Shown here one piece after another: positions 1-13,100 of a stretch of DNA of 64,000 nucleotides. The DNA is from Halocafeteria seosinensis. Its lineage: Eukaryota. A program made the translations under genes and the position numbers. Location of the stretch: contig LVLI01000201.1 of assembly GCA_001687465.1 (NCBI GenBank), forward strand, positions 62,001 to 126,000, written 5' to 3'. Each line of letters begins with the position of its first letter. The first letter of the stretch is position 1. The notes under the pieces are model-generated. The model was not told where the DNA came from, made no database searches, and worked only from the letters and a program-made list of their open reading frames with translations.

Positions 1-169
1 TTGAGTACGCTTCCCGAGACACGCAGTCGTAAGTAGGCCGAGAAGCCTGCTGTTAACTACCCACTGTACTGGTTCGATCACTCCACGGGAGAATCCCAGC
101 CCAGACAGTGTTTGACTGTCTCACCCTCAGACTCTCGTGGTCGACTCATACTGTATTCGCGTCTCGTAT

Positions 170-920
170 CAGAACCATCTTATCAGCGGAGGTAGTTCTT
201 TTCGAAGTGATGCAATCCAAACAGGGCACCCTGAAGTTCTGTTGGAATACTTCTTGTTCGTGGTTCGGTCCCGCAACCTATCATGTACAAGTGTATCTTC
301 TTGTCATGATACGAAGCTCCATGGAAGCATATTTGGAGGATCCAAACTCTTACCAAGCTTTTATTGGACGCACCAAATCCCTCCAGTCGTTTGAATTGCT
401 CTTGAGAGGTTTTCTCGCCCCGGCTATTCGCAATGTCTGCTCCCGATCGTCGATTGACTAAGCATTCTTTAGGGCTTGTGGCGGACATAGGCTCCTATCA
501 GCATTGGTTGGTCGAACTCTTTCTGAGTTTCCTCAGATATATCATGGCGCCGGGTATCCGGAATTTCCATGTAGACTAATTTCATCACCCGCAGTGCACA
601 CGAAGTGCGTACAATCTTGTTGGCAAAAGGGCTCATCTGCATCTTTTGCGGATGATCCGTTTCAATCCCAACCACTCGAGCAAATATCCCTGAAGAAAAT
701 TCCCTGATGTCTCGAGTGCTGCGATGTACCTCGGCATTTGAATACTTTGATTCATCCCGGCATTGGAAAATAATAATTTACCACCTTTCCTCTCTCCAAG
801 TCCTCCTTAGGCGACATTCAAAAGCTGCCGTCAAGCGCCTCTTAACTTCGGGGCGAAGATCATCCAGTAGCGTGTCTTGCTTTCGACAAGAGGGAATTTC
901 AAGAAACAACCACACTCGTA
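170..920 (-). pseudogene. Decayed, internally deleted copy of the 3' end of the multi-GAF gene (7119..16073)
   Basis: Collinear nucleotide matches: ~176 ccatcttatcagcgg..ttc..tcgaagtgatgcaatc = ~7148; 301 ttgtcatgatacgaagct..atggaagcat = ~7660; 521 ttctgagtttcctcagatat = ~7909; ctgccgtca ~826 = ~8540. Broken ORFs give ASYHDKK and HDISEETQKEFD versus ASYHDKE and HEISEETQEELD. Confidence 0.85.
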
Positions 921-1060
921 ACATGGGCCGTGGCATCTAGTACAGCCTCTTGTAACTTCGATTAGGAGGCTGTTGATGGCCATACACGGCACATGCTGGT
1001 TATTCAACCAATCCCCAAACCCTATTCACATCATGCAAAGAAACTCGGCAAATGGCACAT

Positions 1061-1104
1061 ATACATACATACATACATACATACATACATACATACATAC
1101 ATAC
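1061..1104. repeat. (ATAC)11 microsatellite
   Basis: Perfect 4-bp tandem repeat read directly. Confidence 0.97.
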
Positions 1105-1281
1105 AATGCAATGACGCTGTCTATCATGTGCAAAAAACAAGGCAATGAAAAGTAGACGAAATGTTTGTCCGATTACTTATGTGCTCCATTCACGATGTAT
1201 TATTGATCCCAATTGAATCATCTTGTGGGTGTATAGTTATACATAATAGTAGTTACTCATGTTGCAATCTCATGAAAAGTG

Positions 1282-4200
1282 ATGTATAGAGGGAAAAGAG
1301 GGGGAAGAGGCCGTGGAAGCTCCTTTCCCAGCCGGAAGCCTCCTTTTCGAGGCCGTATACAGCGCCCCTACAGGGGCACTGTACGAGGTGGCCGTGGATA
1401 TAGAGGCCGTGGAGGGCGGGGAGGCCTCCATCGGAGACAGGATCGAGATATGGAGGAACGACGGCGCGCTAGAGAGACTCTACGGAAGCTGCAGGAGGCC
1501 ATCAAGACTCAATTCTCGACCACTCTGCAGCATAAACTACGTCATTTTTCACTTGTTAGACAGAGAGACAGCATTGAGACCAATCTGAAAGTATCTCGCA
1601 ATCATCGGCGCCTGTGCCAGCATCAAGCGGATCGAATTCAGAGAGTTATAGAGTCTCTACGGATCTGGCAACGAGCTCTTCATGACTACAGAGTTATGCT
1701 CTACGGCCAGTTGCTGCATAGAGCGATGCACGACTTGATCCGGATGGATGGTACAAGTGAGGTTAAATCCTATATGTTGATGAATTTGGTGGTGATGACC
1801 ATACTAGGCTTGCTAGCCCGTAGTCAGCGACGTAAGAACCTGGCAGACTTAAAGCAAGAAACCCAAGATCTATTAGTTGCATGGCTAAGTCACTATTTCA
1901 TCAGGCCGCAAAGTGCACAAGATAGGGACGAAGAAAAATCAATGGCTGGCTCTATTGGTAATGATAGTGATCCGACAGCGATGATCAGGACCTGCATCGA
2001 CGTATGCATTGATTGTGCTATTGGCACTAGTTATCTAATGATACGGACTGTGGGCGAAACAATTTTTCTCTTAATGCCTTTAGAAAACTATTTTGTTCGT
2101 TTAAGTCAACATTTTTTGGATTTTCTGCGGAGCCGATACGCCCGCATGGACCCGCCATTCAGTGACAATAGCAGTGGTGCTTCCCCTCGTCCTGTTTGGC
2201 TAGGCAAGCGTTCGAGGGGTGGTGATACAATACTTTGGACCGTCGAAAATCGGGACCGGTTCCACCTTCTTGAACTAGTAAACTACCATGCACGGTATCC
2301 CTGTCCTTCTTCCTTAAGGTTTTACAATAACGAATTGTCGTTTTATCATGCATTCGTGACTCCAAAGGCGCCGCAGCAGCACTATTTCCAAGTACTACTT
2401 CGGGAAAGACATGGGCATACTGGCGATAAAAAACCAGGTATGGAGGTTCGTAATACGGAGGAGTTGTTTGACCCGTTTGCCGATTTTCCACAAGCTGAAA
2501 TGGATGACGACGAAGGGGCTGAAAGCGATTTTTCAGACAATGTATCAGATTGCGAAATCCCACGACCGTTTGAAAGTGATGAATCACCCTTGAACGCGTT
2601 GACCACATATTATTTTCATCCCGCTTATGCTGCGTCTCATCAGTCTACCACTGAGAAGATGGGGCATCAAGCCTTACAGGTGTTCATTGAGCGTACGAAA
2701 GGATTCGCTTCCAAACTTGAGCGAGTTATCGAACGCTTGGAACTCCCTGTAGTAGATCTATTAGAAAGAGTCACTGGGGCAGCTGCATCGTCTAGCCACG
2801 ATACCACCGACGACTCAATTGTGGCTAGCGGAGGATATGCTTTGGATGAAGAAATGGGAGCGGGGCGAACGCAGCGTTGGTGTGTCAACTCTGAGTCAGG
2901 CGAGGACACTGGCGTCCGCAATAGAGGGACGAATAAACCGGTAGAACAGATTGAGCATGAGCAAGCAGAATTACGTGTTGCTGTCCCAGGTGAGGATGGG
3001 AAGGAAAGTGACGACTCAATGCGCGTTAATAGTTTACCGGAGCTTATTGCCTTTTTAACCGAACTAGAACGGCAAGTTTTGTATGGTAGTCTGCAAGACT
3101 CAAGTGATGACGTTGCCCATAAAAGCGAATTGTTGGACTTCTTGTTGCGACTGGCTGCGGTCAGGTGTATTCTAGAGCAAGATCCTGAAAAAGCGGATGA
3201 AATACTCGCTCTGAACGTTAGCGACAGCGAAGGTGAACGAGCCTACGAATCCTTGTATTCTTCTAGCTCAAGATTTTCTTCCGAACTCACGAGTCAAACT
3301 GATAATCATGGGAGCTCGTTCGGAACCATCATCTGTAGATTGCTTACGATGCTCATCTCCCGAGGTTACCACAGCCTTGAGCTAAGCACTACGGAGTGTA
3401 AAACCATTGCGGATGTGTTGCCATCACCCCCGCACTTTAGCCATTCGGCTGCCGCTTTTGCTCTAAGCGCGCTCAAGCGTGGGCGCTTTGAATCTACATT
3501 TTCCAATGAGCGTGGGTCACCATGCGATGGAGCTGTACCTGGCGGTTTAGAGTTTGGGTGCTACACTTTACAACCGAGAGGATCGCTTGGATCCGAACTT
3601 GAAGACAACCAAAAGCCAGCACCAACTGGAGATTCAAATGGCGAGTTCTTGCCCCTGGAGTCCATCACTAGTGAGGACGCGTCGCCTCACCAGGGAGTGC
3701 AGCTATCCAGCCCAGTGGGAAAGAAACTTTTTGATAGAGAGGCCAAAAAAGAACTACATGGTAGCCGTTATGCTCAGAGCACCATTGAAGATATTTTACA
3801 ATCCTCTGGCTGTGATGAGAACCGAGGGAGGTGGACTGCTGGCTGGAATTTGTGTGATTCTACTACAAGACAAGATGGAAACTTGTCCGAAGACGATACT
3901 ATGTGGATGGTGCTGAGCGTACTCCGTGGCGGGACTTTCTTCTCATGCAAGGATCCCATTCACCGTGATGCACATCATTATGTCCGAAAACTCTTATCAC
4001 CATGGAGTGAGAATGATCCTTCCTACTACCATCAAGAGAATTCCTCCCATTCATTTCGGTGTGTGGCCCATGAAGACTTGCGCCGAATTATGGAGGCTAC
4101 ACCAGACTCCGCTCGGCGCGAGGATTTTCCTCCCGTACGGCAGTCCGTCCAGTACCTGCGTCAACGCATCAAAAAGGATGGATCCTGTTCTCCGCTGGTT

Positions 4201-6848
4201 AGGCGAATGCTTCTTTCTCTTTGCGCGGGCTATGGTGCATTTTTCGAGGTCAGCGATTATCGACAGATTCGTCAAACTTTGGTGGAAAAGCCTGAGCCAA
4301 ATTCATGCTTCCATGCATGGGTGACTTACTTAGATGCACGGATATTATGGAGCACTGAAATTAGCACCACAGCAGAGTCAGTGATGCTTGAATATATTTA
4401 CAGTGTCAGAGAATCGCTGTCCGAGTGGAAGGTAGCTTGGAGGGTCTCTCATTTCTTGTCGTTGCTCCTCCGCCTTATTGGCGAATCCTACGGTGCGTTT
4501 CATTGTATGAGGAAACTTTCCTCCTACGGATGGGGCAGCCGCAATAGCAGAAGCATTTCACTTAATCTAATGGAAGAGTTGCATTCGGCTGCGGCTGCTC
4601 ATTTTTGGCTATGGGTATTGTATCTGAGAGCTTTTTCATGCTGTCCGCCGCAGCAAGTCACTAAACGCCCAGGTACCCTGTGGCTTTCTCCTCCAATTCT
4701 CGAAGAACAATCGGTTGATAGCTTGTCTTGGGGTGGGCTCGCATGTTTTGGTGACGTTTTGCACAACAAATCAAACGATGGCTCAGCCACCCTTCCTTCG
4801 GTTGTCTTCAAGTCTGCGTATGGTCTCTCAAGCGCGTTTACTGTGATGTGTGAGAAGCTTCAGAGCGTTCTTGACAAAGCGGAGGATTTTGATAAGAATA
4901 CTGCGGCTTTGCTGTGTGCTGCCATCAAATATAGCGAGACGTGCTCTGCCACCCACAGCGAATTGGCGAAACATGCGAATGCGGCGTTACTTCTGTTGGA
5001 GCACCCCGACGAATTGCCAACTTTAAGTTCGTTGGGAAGTGTGGCGACAGTTTCCATATTCCAAGAGCTTTCTAACATGACTGCCTACTTAGTGGGTTAT
5101 ACTGAGACTGCGAATAGTGGATCAACTTTGCTGAGCAATACTTTAGCTAGCGCATCATTCGTTTTGTGGTATATCAACGATTGCGTCAAAGGTGGCAAAG
5201 AAAGGGAAGCTTTGGTGGTTGCGTGTTGTCACTTTCTGCAAAAAGAAACCTTGACGCACTCCTTCGACCATCCACATATCTTATTTGATAGCGTGCATGC
5301 AGGAGATGAAGTGAAAGCCTATTTGGGTAAACCTCTAAATCCGGAAACAGTAGAAAGGTTGGCAGAAGATGTTGTGCACTCCTGGTGCGACATAGATGGT
5401 GCTGCCTTGGAACCACCCATACATGGAAGATCTGTTCTGGTTGCGCTCTGGGTTCTGTTCACTTTGAATGGGAGAAGTGGGCTAATTGGGCGGCTGAAGA
5501 AATGCCTGCGGGCTACTACTGTATGGCTTAGTAGAGTCGCAGCGGAGGGATTTTCAGGAAATGGTTATGAGGACGTCTCCGGGTCTCTCCTTCATTGCCT
5601 AGGAAGTATGCATTGCCTCTCCTTGTATCAAGCAAAGCAGTCCAAGTCGCTGGTTCATGAGAAACATCTATTGCGTGAAGGTATTGATTCCTTGACAAGA
5701 TGGTCAACAGCGGTGCAGAGTGTGACAGAAATGGAAGATTCTCGTGCTGCTTCGATGTTAAATCGACGGGGGTTGCAGTGGCTCTGTATGAAGGCTCCAT
5801 CATGCTCTTTGAAAGTTCATTTGGGGTCCGACGATGTGTATGGTGGATGGTGTGGTCTTAGTCCTCCTATTGCGGAAGCCTTAACTACAATGATGCTGTC
5901 CTCTGAGAAGGTAAAGGAGTGTTGGGGAGAAAACAGTAGCCTAAATCAGAGCCAGTATTTTGACTTGCCATTCAGATGGAATGACCTCCTTTATGAACAG
6001 CAAGTTCGGATAGCTGAAGCCCCGCGACAACTGCTTGACTCTACAGGCCGCCTTGCACTAAATGCTTGGCTTGTAAGAGATCATGATTTTCTGCACAAGC
6101 ACGGTATTCACACGCTCCCTGAACGATATGAACCCACTCCTTTTACCGAATTGCCTGCCCTATATTGCTTACGTGACCCTTTGTCGTTCGAATGCATCTC
6201 TCGCTTTCAAGTTGGTGGCCTAGCATCGTTTGTCTCCTCTCTCAAGCCAGGTAAGTTTGCAACTGTAGCCCTGATATATAGATCGACCACCGTTTTTCTA
6301 ATATCTAACAGCTCTTATCGATCAACCCTTTGACGATTCTTTGTGGAGTCAAGTCATCATGGCTTCCTTAGCACAAGGACTCTCCGAAACTTTAAGGATT
6401 TCTGTGTGTTGGTTGATGTGTCGGCCTCATTCGAAGTGTGCCCTACTAAATGTTAGTAGACGCGACTGAATTGTCAACGGTGTTAAAGAAACTCTGTTAC
6501 TGAGCTTCATATCTGCAGCTGGATCGGATCCTCAAATTGCGCAACCGAGACGACGAAACGTCTAGATGCCTTCGCGATGTGATCTGTCGTTTTAGTTTCG
6601 TAGCGAGTACAGACGAGGAGGATGAATTTGAACGCCTTATCTTGTTTAGTCCGGAGAACACGTTCAGGCTGGTTTATTTAGAGGATAATCACTCGAAAGG
6701 TGCAGTAATACAAAGGCAATCTTTAAGCTGTTGCTGGCGCTCGATGGGGCGCGCGAGAGAGAGAGCAATTTTATACGGCGTCTGTTTTGATTCGCAGGAA
6801 GGAGAAGCAACGATGAGGGCTAACACAGTGGTCAGTATAGCTAGCTAG
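1282..6848 (+). CDS. Large uncharacterised, probably RNA-associated protein (RGG-rich N-terminus, coiled coil, helical body; weakly ZFC3H1/Red1-like); 3' end uncertain
   Basis: 1684-aa ORF, ATG at 1282, RGG repeats. Probable introns 6251-6311 (gtaag..ctaacag) and ~6404-6518 join it in frame to ORF 6537..6848. Motif ESPLNALTTYYFHPAY. Confidence 0.75.
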
Positions 6849-7118
6849 GCATAGTGATGTAGGAGGGTGGCATAGGGTGTTGCTGGTTTTGCAAGTGCTA
6901 CTGACAGAAAACTGTCGAGTAGGCAGCGAAGTACGTAAGTGGCTAAGATATGAAAGCTAATGGGACGTAGTATTCGCGCCTTTCTTCCCAAGAGTAGTGC
7001 CCGGGGGTATTGGAATCTCCTATCCCCTTGGCGCTGCTTGGGTAGATTCGCTGGAACAAACAGCGTTTGGGCTATTCAATAGACAACAAAGAGTCTTAAG
7101 AAGATCTGTGCTCTCAGT

Positions 7119-10100
7119 CTATACCGGGACTCGCCATGCTTTTGCCGCCATCTTATCAGCGGCGGAAAGTTCCTCTCGAAGTGATGCAATCAGGTCATGT
7201 GCACGCTGAAGCTCTTTCTCCCGTCTTTGTAGTTGATTTGCAACATCGTTTAGCTTATCTCTGAGCCTTCGCGACTCCTGATCACTCTCCAGCCAGTCCT
7301 TCCGGTGTTGTTCCACTTTGTCGCTTAAACTCCTTTTCTCCTCAAGGGCAGAATTCAGAGCTTTTTCATAGCTGTCCAAGCTTCTTTGAAGACGGTTGAT
7401 AGCTTCTCGTTGGTCACCGTTCTCATTCTGTAATTCCTCCAGTTGTTTCCTGGTGTCTGCCAGACCATCCTCAGCGTCATTGGCTCTCCGCTCCTGTTCG
7501 CGTAGACGGTCTCTTTCTAAACCTAATACATGCTTTAAATCTGCCCTTTGACGCTTTAGAGAATCCTTCTTGTTAACCAAGCTGTCGTGTTCGGATCGCA
7601 GTCTTTCGATTTCTCCGTTGGCAGAGTCAAGATTCTGCTGCAACTCATTTATCTTCTCCTTGTCATGATACGAAGCTTTCATGGAAGCATCTTTAAGATC
7701 CTCCAACCGTTTCTCAAGCTTTTTATTGGACTTATCTAGTTTCTCCAGTTGCTTGGATTGCTCCTGAGTCTTTTGCTCTAGAGAGTTCTTCTCCTTCTCT
7801 ACTTCCTCGGCGTTTCGCAGTTTCTGCTCTAGGTCTTCGATGGACTCGTTAGCTTTATCTAGTGCTTGCGAGGTACTGCCTGCTACTTCCCTTTGTCGAT
7901 CGAGCTCTTCCTGAGTTTCCTCAGATATCTCATGATACCACTGCGCTGCTTCAGACGCTAGATAGTATTCCATGTAACGACTAATTCCATCGGCCGCTGC
8001 GCATACGAAGCGCGCATCTTGTTGGCTGAATGATTCTTCCGCATCTTCTGAGGTAACCTCGTGGGGCATACGCTTCCCAACGACCTCGATTACTCCAAAT
8101 ACTCCGGAAGGAAGTGAAGGGATCATGGTTTCGAAGTTCCTCGCACTCTGATTTACGATCGACTGCCGAGAGCTGCGAGTTACCTCTGCATTTGAATAAC
8201 TCGCAACCCCTCCCCTCTCACCATCCATCCGGATAGGAGCCACGACAACAGGGTCCAAGTGCTTCTGGCTTTGAGATCTTTGGGAGTCGGCGACGTACAA
8301 GGGATCAACGTTGACGCAACAGTTTCCTGAGAGAGAATTGGTTATCGGACCTTCTTGAGGAACCGGGAGTGCTCGAGCAAAAATGTCTTCCACATTTAGT
8401 CTTGTGCTCTTCCGGATGCCTAAAATATCGTAAATCATTGTCTGGAGAGCAAACTCTTCATAATCATCCACATCCAGATGAGGTCTCTGGGCATGGCGTG
8501 GAACCGCAGTGGTTACAGGAACTAACACGGCTGAATGTCTGCCGTCAGCGTCTTCGCCAGAATAATTCCAGTAAAGAAGTATGCGCACACTTTCGGCACC
8601 AACGACGTCGCAAAGGGAATGGCAAACCCACTCCAAAGGCCGACCTCTATCGATTGTCGACAGCGATGAGTCAGGTCGAGGCTCTAATGGTTGGTACAGC
8701 GCCTGTTCATGACCCTCTGCGGCTAGCAGTCCTGTGAGCATGCCGACAACTCTTTCGTACTTCTCAAGCGTGACATCCAGTAGCTCAATGCGGTTGTGTA
8801 AATCGGTGATCTGCTTCGATGACTTCGTCACGGTCTCTTGGAGATTAGTGTACTGACTGAGTTCCTGCTCTAGTTCCTCTATACTGTGGCGTGTATTTCC
8901 GAGCTCCCCTTCCGTCTCAAACTTTTCACGTATAGTTCGAAGAATTTGCCGAAGTATATCGTCGCCAACTAAAGGTAATACTAGAGATTCTTTGTAGGGA
9001 GAAAACTCGCTCCCTGCGTGTCTTGCAACTACAGATAACTCATCGCTTGATAAAGACGCACTCCAGCAACATTGTAGAATAGCCGAAGTAGTACCACTGT
9101 GCCTCGTAGTCAACGGTATGCACACGATCGATCCAAGCCCTTCCTCTCCGGTGACCTCTTCAATTAGTGTTCGCAATAGATGAGACTCTTTAGCATGGAA
9201 GCGCGGATCCTTGTAAATGTTTTGGGATGTCATCACGACACCGCTTTCTGAACAGCTTTGAACAAGTGAGCTCTCACCGGCATGCATATGATGTTGCTCG
9301 CGTTTATCCACCCATGGTACCCACATTGTACTCCCATCTTCGTCTGAGCGGACCCATAAGAGAGCACTATCAGCACCAATCAGGCTTCTACCAAACTGGT
9401 GTGCTGCAGAGGTACATGAACGACAAAATTCATTCCTCGCTACCCCAATTTCTTCTTGTGCAGCCCCGAGTGTTTTTTCGAGAGATTCTTCGTCAGAAAA
9501 GGAAGATACCGCACTCACGTCTCGCAGATTTCGTAGAAAGACACTTATCCACTTAGTAACCAGTTCCATAAAGGAGCTTCGCACTTGAGCCGATTGACGG
9601 AATCGACCCAATTGAGACTCGAGCTCTTTTGCTGCTTCCTGCTTCTCTTCAAGTGATGCAGACAAAGCATTCTCCAAAGAACCGGCGCAGCTTGCAGAAA
9701 AGGAGAGTAAGACGGAGCTAATAGGCTGAGATAAAGATGCTGCAGTATGAAGCATAACATGCTTATCGGTAGTGGAAAAGGGGGCATTTGGAGACCGCGT
9801 ACGATCTGACCGTGCAGTTCTACAAACTCTCAAAATAAAATGTCCGGACGGGTTGCGTGCCGAGAACGGTTGCGTGAACAAGGTCACACCAATTGGACAA
9901 GCGGCGATAACTGAAGATTGAGTCTGCACAGCTGAGCAGCGTAGTTCCAAGCTCTCTAATGCTGCGAGAGCAGGATCACCCTTATCAAGCGACCAAGAAG
10001 CTTCCTCGAGCTCCGAATACAAGTCCGGTAAGCTAAAATCACCACGGCAATCGACTCGGGTTGAGGTCTCCAATTTTTCAGCGATTTCTTTTGATATGCG

Positions 10101-13100
10101 TCGAAGTGATGTCACCAGGCTATGCACAGGGATAAATATATCTTTTCTGGTGTACTGATCCCGTGCTTTGACTCCACGACTTGCGAAGCCACAATGCAGC
10201 CCGTCGATAAAGGCATAAGCAAGACCAAGGGGACATAAAATAGTAACGTTACTAGCCTCGATGAAGGTTTCGAAATTTTCAACAACCTTCCGAAAGTCGA
10301 CTGGGACCTCTTGTCGCATTAGTTCTTCCGCGAATGGAGTGTCCTGTTGCTCTTTAGAATCTGTGGATGCACGCAGCGGACATAAGTTCGAATCCTCCAG
10401 TAGATTTAGCTTCATAAACCTACGAAGTGCCTGATCTTCTCTATGATGCATTTCAACAGCTTGCCAGAGCAACGATATTTCTGCTACATGCTTTAAGGTA
10501 TATCCTGCTAGTCGAAGCAAGAACTGAATTGGATCGCCGCTGTCCATTAAGTCCTTTTTGGAGTTAACCAGCACAAGGGCAGCAATTGGTGCAGATGAGT
10601 TCGACACCAGTTCGGATGAGATAGCATACATGTCAAGGCTCACTAGATGATCCGCGAGACGATCCTGAGTGGAATCAAAATCGGCATTCTGCGGGACAGA
10701 ATCAACGCGAGAGAAAGCACAAAATAGACTGTCGTTCTCCGAAGAGTATGCATTCTTGAGAAACTTCCCAATCACTCCTTGGTCCTCTTTATACAGGAAT
10801 GTTTCGTCCACCGGACTGTACCACTCATCAGTTAGCTTGTCGTTTTCGTTCACTCGCGGAAACAAAACCACGACCCTTTCCGCTTCGCACAATGTCTTAA
10901 GATGGTCGCCAAGAACATCCGCTGATGCTGCGGATGCTGATATAGAGAGTAGCGGCGACGCCGCTTCCACGACTTTCTCATAGTGATTCAGATTGGATCC
11001 GGTGGAATAAATTTCGTATTCCTTATCACGAAGCGTCGAATTCAGCTCCTGTATCGCTTGCTCGCTCTCAGCATTCAATTCAGCCAGCGCCAAAAGAGCA
11101 CAGTCCTGAACGATAGTGCGGAGTGTTGTTACAGCCGTTTGAGAGCAAACATCCCAAATAGATTTTTCCTGTGTTTCCGTCGACATCTCCACAGCCTGTC
11201 TGAGCTTTAGCACGAGGGAAGCAAAGTTGCGTTCATTTGACTCAACGACCGAAAAGGGCAAGTATAGTATCTCACTGACGGAATCAGTTCCGCGCTCCGT
11301 CGATGATTGTCGCTCCTGCCGCACAGCAGCAAGTTCTGCCCTTTCTGTGTCGACCGAGTTTTTACTCGAAGTCCATCTGCAGGTGCACTGATCTACAGCG
11401 CTATCCACTCTTCTAATCTCGCAGACGCTGTCCAGGTCAGTCGACCCTTCCAAATGAGGTAGCAAATACAACGCTTCGAGTGACACACTCCCTTCAGTCG
11501 CTTGCTGCAAATAGCTGTTCACAACACCAAATCCACCAGTTATCTGTCCCACTCGCTCGCGGTTCTCATCCGTGATTTCCGCTTTGAGTTTCTGAGCCAC
11601 TCTGTACCACAGCGAATCACTATCCAACGGCTGCATCAGCGTGGGCACTAGAGCAATAGATCTTAGTGTGGATGCGAACTCAGACAACCGGAAGTACATT
11701 TCCTTCCATGTGCTGCGGGTACGATGCGCTTCCTGCAGCTGTTGCCGTCCTTGGGATAGGCGTTTTTGGAGATGGTCTTCAAAGACTTGGGCAGCCGAGT
11801 GCTCGGCACTTTTCGCTTCCTCGCGGCGAGCTATAGCAAAAAGCTGAGCACCTAGGGATGAGCTAACATTCATCTCAGCAGCTGAAAATCTCTTGCTTCG
11901 ATCCCCGTTTCTGATCACGAGTATTACGCCGTAATCTCTTGATTCTGCCGGCAACGAGGAAGCACTGTGAGTTACCGGTATGACGATGACATTCGTGGAG
12001 CGGTTCCAGCGGCGACTTGTGTCCGCACTCGAATAGACGCTTTGAAGGGCTTCCACATCTTGCATGCTCAATGTTTGGTAGTGTTTATCCGTATGAAACT
12101 GTATCACTTTATTGCCCAAGATAGCATTCGCAATGCAACCTCCGTCATCAAAAACTTGCATGTCTCGACTGATGTATGTGCAACCATCAGCTTGAAGTAA
12201 GTGGGCCAAATCACCTCTTACAAACCGGTCGATGTCTTCTTTCGAAGAAAGATATTGAAGGATGCAGCAATACTCGAGGCCTTGACGATACGTCAACGCT
12301 TGAGTTTGCAACTGAGATTCTGCACCTCCTTCACGCCCATACTGGCTCTGCAATCCCGCCAGACGAGAAATCTTACTCGATCTGCTCGTTTGGACCTGTT
12401 CACGAGTATGCTTAAACGCAAGATCTCGGGCTACCGGGGACAGCAAGTCGAGAATGGTCTTTTGGTCTGTTTCACTAAATTCCGGCTCGTCTGAGTCCTC
12501 TCCACTGTATTCCTTACCTTTATTCACCGCCACAACCAGCTGGCTGTGCTGATTATCCACCGGTAGTATGAGAAAGTTGTTTACAGGGAAATCATCATCC
12601 CCTCTGTAGACGGAAAGCAAATCAGAGAAATAAACCGATGAACCCGTGGTAACCTCGATTCCCCGAGCTAGAGTTTGTAGACACGAACCAGAGTCCTGAA
12701 ATGTTCGCCCGGGATAAATTCGGGAATATGCTCCCTTTAGCGGCTCCGTTGCCGAGGGATGAATTTGTCGCGCAACCACATACCATCCTGAGCCAACTTT
12801 CTTTATCCACATGGTCAAATCGGTCCCAATACTCAAGCAGACTCTTGACAAGAAGGAACTCGCGCCTGTCTCGTCAGGAGTGTTTCGCAGTTCACGGACT
12901 GTGCTCTGCGGCGAAGCCATCGTGCGACTTCGCTCTGTCCTTGATGGAGAGAACTCACTCTGCCGGGAACGAACGGATCGCGTCGGAGAGAACGCCTCCT
13001 CTTCGTCTGCATCATTTGCTATGACATTCGAGACGTTGTTCTCCACGTCTGTGTCCGCAAAGTGGACGGACGGCGAGGACGTCACTCCATAAGCAGTTTC

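Noticed and set aside
6537..7118. Apparent read-through of the GAF gene frame past its TAG
   Set aside because: Several further stops follow; the openness is explained by antisense overlap with plus-strand exons. Long ORFs elsewhere show the standard code.
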